Source of the DNA: an uncultured Candidatus Binatia bacterium
GTDB taxonomy: Bacteria > Desulfobacterota > Binatia > UBA9968 > JAJDTQ01
Direction: 5' to 3'
Length of the DNA: 64,000 nt
Assembly (NCBI GenBank): GCA_965242525.1
Contig: OZ251459.1
Location: forward strand, 1,184,001-1,248,000
A program made the translations under genes and the position numbers. Positions 1-8,186 of the stretch are shown here, in pieces. Position 1 is the stretch's first letter, and every line of letters begins with the position of its first letter. The notes beneath the pieces are model-generated. The model ran no database searches. It was given only the letters and a program-made list of their open reading frames with translations, and was not told where the DNA came from.

Positions 1-1146
1 GTACGCTGGGACGAGATCGACCACGACGACGCGGGGAGCAACGGCAGCAGCCGCGAACCCGTGGAGGTGGGCGACACCGTCCTCGAAGTCGACAACATGC
101 GCAAGTACTACGACGTGAAGGACGGGTCGCTGGCGGCCATCGTCTCCGGCAAGTCCGTGCGCCAGGTCAAGGCCAACGAGAGCCTCAGCTTCCGGGCCGG
201 GGAAGGGGAGACCGTGGCCATCGTGGGCGAGTCGGGGTGCGGCAAGTCCACCTTCGCCAAGGTCCTCATGGGCCTGGAGACCGCCACCGACGGCGAGGTG
301 CGGCTGGACGGCGCCGACCTGGGCAGCATCGCGGTCCACAAGCGCACCCCGGAGCAGTTGGCCTCGCTCCAGATGGTGTTCCAGAACCCCAACGACACCC
401 TCAACCCGTCCCACTCCGTCGGCTACCAGATCGGCCGGGTCATCAAGCGGTTCGGCATCGAGTCCGACCCGGCGAAGATCCGGGAACGGGTCTATCGGTT
501 GCTCGACACGGTGAAGCTGCCGCGGGCCTTCGCCAACCGCAAGCCGCGCCAACTGTCCGGCGGCCAGAAGCAGCGCGTGGGCATCGCCCGGGCCTTCGCC
601 GGCAACCCCAGGACGGTCATCGCGGACGAGCCCATCTCGGCGCTGGACGTGTCGGTGGCCGCGGCGGTGACGGAGCTGCTCATGGACATCCAGCGGGAGC
701 ACCGCACCACGCTGCTGTTCATCAGCCACGACCTGTCCGCTGTGCGTTACCTCTCGGACCGGGTGGTGGTCATGTACCTGGGGCAGATCATGGAGCGGGG
801 CTCCACCGAAGAAGTCTTCGCGCCGCCGTACCATCCCTACACCGAGGCGCTGCTCTCCGCGGTGCCCATCGCCGACCCCGAGGTGGAGAAGCGCCGGATC
901 GTGCTGGAGGGCAACCTCCCGAGCCCCCTGGACCCTCCCCGGGGCTGCCCCTTCTCCACCCGGTGCCAGCGGAAGCTGGGCAGCGTCTGCGAAGAGGAGA
1001 CGCCGCCCATGCAGTTCGAGTCCGAGCACCACGGCATCGCCTGCCACATCCCGCTGGAGGAACTGCGCAAGGTCGAGCCCGTGATCACCATCCCGGACCG
1101 GGACTTGGGCGCGGCGAGCCGGGCGGAGCATCCGCCGCCGGCATGA
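1..1146 (+). CDS. Dipeptide/oligopeptide ABC transporter ATP-binding protein (5'-partial; probably the second domain of a fused double ATPase)
   Basis: Frame open from base 1; Walker A GESGCGKS, signature LSGGQKQRV, Walker B IADEP, HPYTEALL and C-terminal GCPF..RC...C oligo_HPY motifs. Confidence 0.92.
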   Translation, partial: VRWDEIDHDDAGSNGSSREPVEVGDTVLEVDNMRKYYDVKDGSLAAIVSGKSVRQVKANESLSFRAGEGETVAIVGESGCGKSTFAKVLMGLETATDGEVRLDGADLGSIAVHKRTPEQLASLQMVFQNPNDTLNPSHSVGYQIGRVIKRFGIESDPAKIRERVYRLLDTVKLPRAFANRKPRQLSGGQKQRVGIARAFAGNPRTVIADEPISALDVSVAAAVTELLMDIQREHRTTLLFISHDLSAVRYLSDRVVVMYLGQIMERGSTEEVFAPPYHPYTEALLSAVPIADPEVEKRRIVLEGNLPSPLDPPRGCPFSTRCQRKLGSVCEEETPPMQFESEHHGIACHIPLEELRKVEPVITIPDRDLGAASRAEHPPPA

Positions 1147-1321
1147 CGACGGCCGGGGACGCCCGGCGCGGCCTCGGCCGCGTCCGTGGGGGTTCCGTGG
1201 GAGGAGTGCGCGGCGCGGCCCGGGCCCCGCGGGAAACGCAGGCGTTGCATTGGAATCCGGCGCCGAAGGTGGTAATTTTGCAAGGCGTCGAGGCAGCGAA
1301 ATCCATTGAGGGGGAAGCACC

Positions 1322-2344
1322 ATGGGAAAAATCGACTCGGCCGTGACCGTGATCGACGCGGACGCCCACGCCCGGGACAACGACGACTTCATCCGGCCTT
1401 TCCTGGGCGAATCGTTCCGCAACCGGCGCCCGCCCTTCCTTCCACGGGAGACCTACGACCGCAACCTGGGAGGGACCCTGGGACACGCGGGGATCGAGCA
1501 CGAGGAGCGGTTGGCGGCCATGGACACCCAGGAGATCCACACCGCGGTCATGTACCCCACCAGCGGGCTGGGCATCGGGCGCATCCGGGAGCCGGCCTAC
1601 CAAGTCACCCTGTGCCGGGCCTACAACGAGTTCATCGCCGACTACTGCCAGGCGTCGCCCCGCCTCAAGGCGGTGGCGAACCTGCCGGTGAACGATCCCG
1701 CGGCCGCGGCCCGGGAACTGCGCCGCGCGGTGGTGGACCTGGGCTTGGCTGGGGGCATGCTGGCGGCCCAGGGCCATGGCAAGAACTTCGGCGCCCCCGA
1801 GTACTACCCGCTGTACGAAGAGGCCCAGAAGCTCGGGGCTCCGCTGGCGGTCCACGCCTTCGGCGGCGACGAGCCGGGCAGCGAGATCTTCGACCAGTTC
1901 ATCTCCATCCACACCACCGGCCATCCGTTCCCGGTGCTGCGCCAGCTTACGGGCATGGTCTATGGCGGCATCCCCGAGCTCTTTCCCGACCTGAAGCTCG
2001 GGTTCCTGGAGATCGGCTGCGGCTGGATCCCCTACTGGACCGACCGCATGGACGAGGAATGGGAGAAGCGCGGAGCGGTGGAGGCCCCGGAGTGCAAGCA
2101 GGAGCCCAGCCGCTACATCACCGGCAAGAACTTCTACTACGGCTGCGAGCCCGACGAGAAGACCATCGGGTACGTGGTGGGGGAGATCGGCTCCGAGACC
2201 ATCATGTACGCTTCGGACTACCCCCACTGGGACATGAGCTGGCCCGATTCCGGCTCCCTGATCTGGGGACGGACCGACCTGTCCGCGGAAGCGAAGCGGA
2301 ACATCCTGGGCGACAACGCCCGGCGTTTCTACGGACTCGAATGA
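1322..2344 (+). CDS. Amidohydrolase 2 family protein (metal-dependent hydrolase/decarboxylase)
   Basis: IDADAH, AVH, FLEIGCGW, YASDYPHWD, ILGDNARRFYGL motifs; GAGGGG RBS. Confidence 0.9.
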   Translation: MGKIDSAVTVIDADAHARDNDDFIRPFLGESFRNRRPPFLPRETYDRNLGGTLGHAGIEHEERLAAMDTQEIHTAVMYPTSGLGIGRIREPAYQVTLCRAYNEFIADYCQASPRLKAVANLPVNDPAAAARELRRAVVDLGLAGGMLAAQGHGKNFGAPEYYPLYEEAQKLGAPLAVHAFGGDEPGSEIFDQFISIHTTGHPFPVLRQLTGMVYGGIPELFPDLKLGFLEIGCGWIPYWTDRMDEEWEKRGAVEAPECKQEPSRYITGKNFYYGCEPDEKTIGYVVGEIGSETIMYASDYPHWDMSWPDSGSLIWGRTDLSAEAKRNILGDNARRFYGLE

Positions 2345-2507
2345 CGGGCCGGGCAGGGGGCCGCGCCCGGAAGTTGCGTTCCGTGCGGCTTTGGAGTAAC
2401 TAATGCCCTGCGTCCCCGTGGAGGTATCCCGGGACGCAACGCCAACGGCCGCAACGGACCATTTCAACTACTTCAACGAATACCGACGGATCCAGGGAGT
2501 ACCTTCG

Positions 2508-3257
2508 ATGCCACTTTCCGGCGACGCCTTTGTTCGGGAAATCCAGGAGACGGTCCGCGCCAAGCACTCCAAGGACAACCCGTTGATCGGGATGATCGAG
2601 CGGGGGGAGATCGACCGGGCGGCGCTCAAGGGCTTCGTGGGCCAGTTCTACCTGTTCTTCCCCAAACCCTTTCCCAAGCCCATCGCGGCCATGCTGGGGC
2701 GCTGTCCGGAAGACCCGGAACTGGAGAAGATGTGGATCGAGAACGTGGTGGAGGAGGGCACCGGAGAGATCTCCGGCACCGACAGCCACCGCGGCCTGTT
2801 CATCCGCTTCGCCATGGCCTGCGGCTACGAGTCCAGGGAAGAACTGGACTCGGTGCCGCCGCTGCCGGAGACATCCGCGTTCCTGGACTGGCGGGAGCTG
2901 CTCATGTACCAGCGCTCGTGGCTGGAGCTCTACGCATGCCAGGGTTTCTGCCTGGAAGGGACCGCCAGCGAGCGCATGAGCCGGATCGTGACCGGCCTCA
3001 CGACCCACTACGGCTTCGACCGAGACAGCGAGGAGATCCGCTACTGGACCCTCCACATGGGAGTGGACGAGGAACACATGAAGGTGGGCCCCGAAGCGGT
3101 CCGCAAGTACGCGGTGACCGATCCGCAGCAAGAGCAGGTGCGCCAGGCCGTGCGCAAGACCCTGGACCAGTTCTGGCTGGCGTTCGACGGGGTCAAGCGG
3201 GCCTTCGTGGACCGGGACCCGGTTTACGCGAATTGGCGCAACGGCGCGGGCGCCTGA
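2508..3257 (+). CDS. Heme-oxygenase-like diiron enzyme (CADD/PqqC/TenA superfamily)
   Basis: ENVVEE..SH, LEG and YWTLHMGVDEEH match the E/H..E..H..D..H diiron ligand pattern; ATG at 2508 after GGGAG. Confidence 0.8.
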   Translation: MPLSGDAFVREIQETVRAKHSKDNPLIGMIERGEIDRAALKGFVGQFYLFFPKPFPKPIAAMLGRCPEDPELEKMWIENVVEEGTGEISGTDSHRGLFIRFAMACGYESREELDSVPPLPETSAFLDWRELLMYQRSWLELYACQGFCLEGTASERMSRIVTGLTTHYGFDRDSEEIRYWTLHMGVDEEHMKVGPEAVRKYAVTDPQQEQVRQAVRKTLDQFWLAFDGVKRAFVDRDPVYANWRNGAGA

Positions 3258-3292
3258 CGACGAGGAGCGCCAAGCCCGCCGGGAACCACACC

Positions 3293-3946
3293 ATGTCCAT
3301 CATCGACCTCTCGCGCGTCATCTACGACGGCATGCCCAAGATCCCGGTGCTCCCGGACGTGCACGTGCGGCGTTTCTTCGACCTGGAGAAGGGCCACCCC
3401 CTCAACGTCACCGAGATCAACCTGCCGTGCCACGCGGGCACCCACGTGGACGCGCCCGTCCACGTGGTCCCCAACGGCAAGTCCATCGAGGAGCTGCCCC
3501 CGGACGCGTTCGTCGGACCGGGAGCGGTCGTTTCGGTGGAGAAGGGCGGCGGCGAGGAAGTCACCGCGGCGGACCTGGAAGGTTCCGGGGTCCCGGTGGA
3601 CCGGGGCGACATCCTCATGCTGCACACCGGCTGGGACGAGAAGTTCGAAAGCGACGAATACAATATGCACCCCTATCTCTCCGTGGATGCGGCGGAATGG
3701 ATCGTCGAGCGCGGGGTGAAGCTGTTCGGCATCGACTGCATCACCGTGGACCTGCCCACCCCCTTGCGCCCCAAGGGGTTCGACTTCCCGGTGCATCGGA
3801 CCCTCTTGGGCAACGGCGTGCTCATCGCCGAGAACGTCGCCAACCTGGGGGCCATCGCAGGCCGGAAGAACCGCATCATGGCGCTGCCCCTCAAGGTGCA
3901 GGGGAGCGACGCGGCCCACGCCCGGATCGTGGCCGAGCTCCGGTAG
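3293..3946 (+). CDS. Cyclase family metal-dependent hydrolase (kynurenine formamidase-like)
   Basis: MSIIDLS start, HAGTHVDAP motif, GIDC, HRTLLGNGVLIAENV. Confidence 0.9.
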   Translation: MSIIDLSRVIYDGMPKIPVLPDVHVRRFFDLEKGHPLNVTEINLPCHAGTHVDAPVHVVPNGKSIEELPPDAFVGPGAVVSVEKGGGEEVTAADLEGSGVPVDRGDILMLHTGWDEKFESDEYNMHPYLSVDAAEWIVERGVKLFGIDCITVDLPTPLRPKGFDFPVHRTLLGNGVLIAENVANLGAIAGRKNRIMALPLKVQGSDAAHARIVAELR

Positions 3947-4012
3947 GCGAGGGCCGGTCCACGTGTCCGCAACCTGCCGCGGTCGCTGCTGAACCCGAAC
4001 CGAGGTCGTTGG

Positions 4013-4978
4013 ATGTTGGCGAGCCCCATCAAGGGAATCATCGGAGCGGCGCTGACCCCGTTCACGGACGACGGGAAGGTGGACTACGACGCCCTGGGAC
4101 GGGAGATCGAGTTCCTGGTGGCGGACTGCGACGCAATATCCGTGGCCGCGGTGGAAGCGTCGGAATACACGGTCCTCTCCCTCCAGGAGCGCAAGGATGT
4201 CATGCGGCGCGCCACCGAGGTGGTCAACAAGCGCGTCCCCGTCATCCTCGGGGCCTCCAGCCACTCCATCGACACCGTACTGGACCTGGCGGACCACGCG
4301 GCCGCGGTGGGGGGGGACCTCATCCAGGTGCTCATGCCCATCCGTCCGTGGGGCGGACAGCCGACCATCGCCGACCTGGTGCAGTTCTTCACCGAAGTGG
4401 CGTCGGTCAGCCCGCTGCCCATCGTGGCCTACCACAACCCCGGCCCGGGCGCGGACCCGCCGCTGGATGCGTTCGTGCGCCTGAGCGAGCTCCACAAGGT
4501 GGACTACTTCAAGGAGAGCTCCCGCGACATCACCAAGATCACGCGCCTCATCGAGCAGATCCAGCTCGCCGGAAAGGCCAACTACTTCACCACCATGCAG
4601 CCGTTGCTGACGACCCTGACCATGGGCGGGGCAGGCGCCACCATGCCCCCTCCGGGCACGCGCATCGGCGCGCGGGTGGTGCGCGCGTTCCGGGAAGGGG
4701 ACATGGACAAGGCGCGCTACTGGCAACGCTGCTTCACCCTCTTTCCGGGAAAGTGGGGCGCCTACGGGTTGCCGCCGATCATGAAGTCCGCGTTGAAGCA
4801 CTTCGGGGTCGATATCGGCGACCCGTCCCGCCCCTATGCCCCGGTGAGTCCCCGGGACCACGCCCAGATCGGGCAGTTCTTGGGCCAGATCGGCATCCTG
4901 GGCGACGGGGAACCGGACGAGACCGCTTTCGACCGGGCCTCGGTCCAGCTCTCGCAGGACGACACCTTCCTGCGCTAG
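4013..4978 (+). CDS. Dihydrodipicolinate synthase (DapA/NAL)-family aldolase/dehydratase, not canonical DapA
   Basis: LTPFTDDGKVDY, AYHNP, Schiff-base FKESS; GxTGE motif replaced by AVEASE. Confidence 0.85.
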   Translation: MLASPIKGIIGAALTPFTDDGKVDYDALGREIEFLVADCDAISVAAVEASEYTVLSLQERKDVMRRATEVVNKRVPVILGASSHSIDTVLDLADHAAAVGGDLIQVLMPIRPWGGQPTIADLVQFFTEVASVSPLPIVAYHNPGPGADPPLDAFVRLSELHKVDYFKESSRDITKITRLIEQIQLAGKANYFTTMQPLLTTLTMGGAGATMPPPGTRIGARVVRAFREGDMDKARYWQRCFTLFPGKWGAYGLPPIMKSALKHFGVDIGDPSRPYAPVSPRDHAQIGQFLGQIGILGDGEPDETAFDRASVQLSQDDTFLR

Positions 4979-4983
4979 GTCCC

Positions 4984-5190
4984 ATGTCCGGCGGGCTGTT
5001 CACCTGGGTCGCGGAGCAGGTCAAGGCAGGCACCGACTTCCTGGTGCTGCTGCTGGTCCGCGGCACCTCCCGTTTCGAGTCCGAGTTGACCGAGGAAGGG
5101 AGGCAGGAGCAGCGCATGTGGCGGGACCGGCGCATGCGCAGCCTGAAAGGTCTCGCCCTTCGCGCCGGACGGCGGCGCCGGGGAGGTTGA
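4984..5190 (+). CDS. Small hypothetical protein (68 aa)
   Basis: ATG 5 nt after the upstream stop; GC3-rich codons; fills the gap in a co-oriented cluster. Confidence 0.5.
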   Translation: MSGGLFTWVAEQVKAGTDFLVLLLVRGTSRFESELTEEGRQEQRMWRDRRMRSLKGLALRAGRRRRGG

Positions 5191-5233
5191 CGCCGACACG
5201 GCCGCAGGGCGCCCGCGGACACGGGATTCACGG

Positions 5234-6391
5234 ATGCATTACCACAACGGACGGAAGCAGATCGTCGTGCTCGGCGGCGGCAGCGGGGGAGTGGTGGCCG
5301 CCACCAAGCTCGGCCGCGCCCTGGGCGCGGACCACGACGTGACGCTCATCGACCGCCGGGCCGACCACGTGTTCATGCCCGCCTTCCTCTTCCTGATGGT
5401 GGGGCAGCGCCGGCCCGAGGACATCACCCGGAAGCTGAAGCGCCTGGAGAAACGCAACATCCGGGTGCTGCAGGCGGAGATCCTCGGGATCGACCCGGGC
5501 TCCCGGCAGGTCGTACTCGAAAGCACCGCCATCCCCTACGACTACCTCGTGGTCTCCCTGGGCCTGGAGGTGAGGCCCGACCTCCTTCCCGGCTTCGCCG
5601 AAGGCGCCCAGCACGCCTGGGAAATGGACGCCGCCCTGCGTCTCAAGGGGAACCTCGACGTGTTCCGGGAAGGGCGCGTGGCGGTGGGGATACCGCAGGG
5701 CCCGTACCGCTGTCCGCCGGCGCCTTACGAAGCGCAATGGATGCTGGACAGCTACTTCAAGGAACGCAACGTCCGGGACCTGGTGGACCTCCACTACTTC
5801 ACCCGGGAACCCGAGCCGGCCGGCGAGGAGCACATGCCCTCCGTGTGGATGGACGCCCAGAGCAGGAAGCGCCGGGTCACCATCCATTACGACTTCGTGG
5901 CCCAGTCCATCGACCCCGACCGGCAGCGCGTGCTGGGCCTCTACGGCTACGAGATCTCCTACGACCTGCTGCTCATGGTGCCCCCGCACCGGCCGGCCAG
6001 GGTGCTCTACGACTGCGGGCTCGCCGAGACCGAGACCGGCGTGCAGGTGGACTTCGACACACTGGAGACCAAGTGGGAGAACGTCTATGCCATCGGCGAC
6101 TGCGCCAACATGCCCGCCTCCAAGGCGGGCGGCGTGGCGCACCAGGAGGCGGACGTGGTGGCGGACAACCTGGTGGCGGAGATCACCGGGGAAGGGGAGT
6201 TATCGACCCTCCACCTCCACACCATATGACTGCTGTCCTGCGGCGCGGGACGCGCCGCCGCCAACCGGACCACCTATCCCCAGGGTTGGCCGCCCTTCGG
6301 CGCCGCGGATTCGCGCTCGTGGGGTCCCTCCCGGGCCATCTACTGGAGCAAGGTCCTGTTCGAGAAATGGTGGCTATGGCGTTATTTCTGA
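5234..6391 (+). CDS. Sulfide:quinone oxidoreductase (type III/FCSD-like) flavoprotein with predicted selenocysteine U332 (TGA 6227-6229), 385 aa
   Basis: VVLGGGSGG FAD motif, YRC160PPAPYE, VYAIGD, KAGGVAHQEA; read-through of TGA gives TI-U-LLSCGAGRA...YWSKVLFEKWWLWRYF*, the typical C-terminus of this family; SECIS-like hairpin follows the TGA. Confidence 0.85.
6227..6258 (+). promoter_or_regulatory. UGA codon plus candidate bacterial SECIS hairpin
   Basis: Perfect 8-bp stem GCGGCGCG (6240-6247)/CGCGCCGC (6251-6258) with GGA loop; 18 nt separate UGA from the loop, which starts with G. Confidence 0.7.
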
Positions 6392-6448
6392 CAGGGGACG
6401 GGCGGCGCCTCCCCGCGGGGCGCGCCCGCGGTCCATCCTGAGACGGTC

Positions 6449-7498
6449 ATGATCCTGCGCGAGCTCAACGGCGGAAGCTGCAAGACCTACCTGGTGGCGG
6501 ACGAGGGCAGGGGACGCGCGGTGCTCGTGGACCCGCTGTACGCCAACGTGGACCGGTACCTGGCGCTGCTGGGCTACCACCGGCTCACCCTGGACCTGGT
6601 CATCGACACCCATACCCACGCCGACCACCTGAGCGGATGCGCCCAGTTGCGGTTCCTGGTGGGCGCGCCCTTCGCCATGCAGAAATGGGCCCCCAGCCCC
6701 GCGGTGGACCGGCACCTGGAGGACGGCGAGGGTCTCGCCGTGGGGGAGCTGGAGGTGCGCGTGCTCCACACCCCCGGCCATACCCCCGACGGCATGAGCC
6801 TGGTGGTGGCGGGCAACGTGCTCACCGGCGACACCCTCTTCATCGGCGGCTCCGGGCGCACCGACTTCCCCGGAGGGGACGCCGGCGCCCAGTTCGACTC
6901 CATCACCCAAAAGCTGTTCACGCTGCCGGACGAGACCGCGGTCCACCCGGGCCATGACTACCGGGGCGCCGCCGGCTCCACCATCGGCCGGGAAAAGCGC
7001 GCCAACCCCCGCCTGGCCAACCGCACCCGGGAGGACTACGTGGAGCTCATGGACAACCTCCGGCTCGCGCCGCCCCAGAACATCCAGGAGGTCCTCCAGC
7101 CCAACCAGTCGGCCCTGGGAAGCGACCAGGTCAACTTCCCGGACTGGAGCGAGCTCAAGAAGGTGAGGGAAGTGGACGTGGAGGGCCTCGACCTCATGCG
7201 GAGGTCGGACTCGCCGCCGCTGGTGGTGGACGTGCGCGAGCCCGCGGAGTACACGGGGGAGCTCGGCCACCTTCCGGGCAGCGTCCTGATCCCCCTCCGG
7301 GAGCTGATGAACCGCCTCGACGAGATCGAGGGGCACAGGAGCGGCCCGGTGGTGACCGTCTGCCGCGCCGGGATGCGCAGCGCCACGGCCGCGGCCATCC
7401 TCGGCAGGCTCGGCTTCACCGACGTCTCCAACCTGGCGGGGGGGATGCTCGGGTGGCGCCGCGCCGGCCTGCCCGTGGAGCCTCAGCTCGACCCGTGA
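6449..7498 (+). CDS. Persulfide dioxygenase (ETHE1-like MBL fold)-rhodanese fusion
   Basis: DTHTHADH, HTPGHT, GDTLF, GRTDF, PGHDY, NPRL; C-terminal VVDVREPAEY..GHLPG..CRAGMRS rhodanese. Confidence 0.9.
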   Translation: MILRELNGGSCKTYLVADEGRGRAVLVDPLYANVDRYLALLGYHRLTLDLVIDTHTHADHLSGCAQLRFLVGAPFAMQKWAPSPAVDRHLEDGEGLAVGELEVRVLHTPGHTPDGMSLVVAGNVLTGDTLFIGGSGRTDFPGGDAGAQFDSITQKLFTLPDETAVHPGHDYRGAAGSTIGREKRANPRLANRTREDYVELMDNLRLAPPQNIQEVLQPNQSALGSDQVNFPDWSELKKVREVDVEGLDLMRRSDSPPLVVDVREPAEYTGELGHLPGSVLIPLRELMNRLDEIEGHRSGPVVTVCRAGMRSATAAAILGRLGFTDVSNLAGGMLGWRRAGLPVEPQLDP

Positions 7499-7538
7499 CT
7501 TGACGGCTGCCCTGGGACGACCCTCGCGAAATTCCGTC

Positions 7539-7886
7539 ATGCACAAGAAACAACATCGTCCCGACTGGGAGAACACCTGCAACTACTGCCTCTACCTCCA
7601 GTACGCGCCGCGCAGCGCGCGCTCCGGCAACTGCACGCTCCACCGCCAGTGGATCCAGCGGTCCTCCTTCACCACCTGCAGCGACATGAGCGTGCAGCCC
7701 CTGGACGAAGGCATCTACACGCTCACCGCGGCCGCCTACGGCGGCTGGGTCCACCAGCGCCGCCACAAGCGCGTCCGCACCCGTCTGTTCCTGCTGGAGG
7801 GCGGGGCGGCGGACCGCCGCCCCGAAGACCGGAAGAAGGACGACGTCGCCAGGCGCGCCTCGTTCCGAGACAAATACAAAAGTTGA
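7539..7886 (+). CDS. Small hypothetical protein with four Cys (CxxC..C..C), possible Fe-S/Zn binding
   Basis: CNYC-x14-C-x14-C; GC3-rich codons; stop codon lies inside the dif site. Confidence 0.6.
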   Translation: MHKKQHRPDWENTCNYCLYLQYAPRSARSGNCTLHRQWIQRSSFTTCSDMSVQPLDEGIYTLTAAAYGGWVHQRRHKRVRTRLFLLEGGAADRRPEDRKKDDVARRASFRDKYKS

Positions 7887-7908
7887 CATAATATACATTA
7901 TCAGACAT
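7881..7908 (-). other. dif site (XerC/XerD chromosome dimer resolution site)
   Basis: Minus strand reads ATGTCTGATAA-TGTATA-TTATGTCAACT (11-6-11), close to E. coli dif GGTGCGCATAA-TGTATA-TTATGTTAAAT; gene orientation converges here. Confidence 0.88.
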
Positions 7909-8068
7909 TGGGTTGATACGGCGATTTGCGGCTCCAGCGGCCCCGGACCGGGACCTCGGAGCATGAACCGCGGACGAAGCGGCTCCTTCCGCCAGGATAC
8001 GCGGCGCCGCCCCATGCTGCGCGGGGCTGCTCCGAGGCCGGAGATGCGGCCTGCGAGCCGGTTGCGCG

Positions 8069-8107
8069 CGTCCTTCGACTCCGCTTCGCTACGCTCAGGA
8101 CGAACGG
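8069..8107 (+). repeat. REP-like dispersed repeat, family A (CGTCCTTCGACTYCGCTTCGCTACGCTCAGGACGAACGG)
   Basis: Near-identical copies at 11006-11044, 24689-24727, 29650-29688 (rev) and 62032-62070 (rev). Confidence 0.85.
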
Positions 8108-8186
8108 GATAGTTCAGGTTTTCGGGAGATAGTTCAGAGCTGCGGGGGGGTTGTTCAGGGTTTTGGAGTGTGACGCCGCCGACGTG

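Noticed and set aside
2508-3257. Call as pqqC or tenA
   Set aside because: No pqq or thiamine context, and it has a CADD-like metal-ligand set; only the superfamily is supported
4013-4978. Call as dapA
   Set aside because: Lacks the GTTGE pyruvate-binding motif and any lysine-pathway context
5234-6229. SQR-like gene as a complete 331-aa protein or a simple pseudogene
   Set aside because: It would lack the second catalytic residue and C-terminal helix, which are encoded intact in frame after the TGA and accompanied by a SECIS-like hairpin; a nonsense mutation remains possible but is less parsimonious
7496-7540. Sec read-through at other TGA stops (PDO-rhodanese 7496-7498, small ORF 5188-5190)
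   Set aside because: The proteins appear complete at the TGA, and the downstream frames show no family-like continuation
1-7908. Prophage or Xer-integrated mobile element left of dif
   Set aside because: No replication, integrase or phage genes and no second dif-like site within the window; composition matches the host
7883-7910. TTGACA...AT-rich stretch as a sigma70 promoter
   Set aside because: No credible downstream + strand gene; the sequence is better explained as a dif site
7954-8037. Inverted repeat CCTCGGAGCA/TGCTCCGAGG as a structured ncRNA
   Set aside because: No recognisable SRP, tmRNA, 6S or riboswitch motifs; a 10-bp pairing in GC-rich DNA is weak evidence
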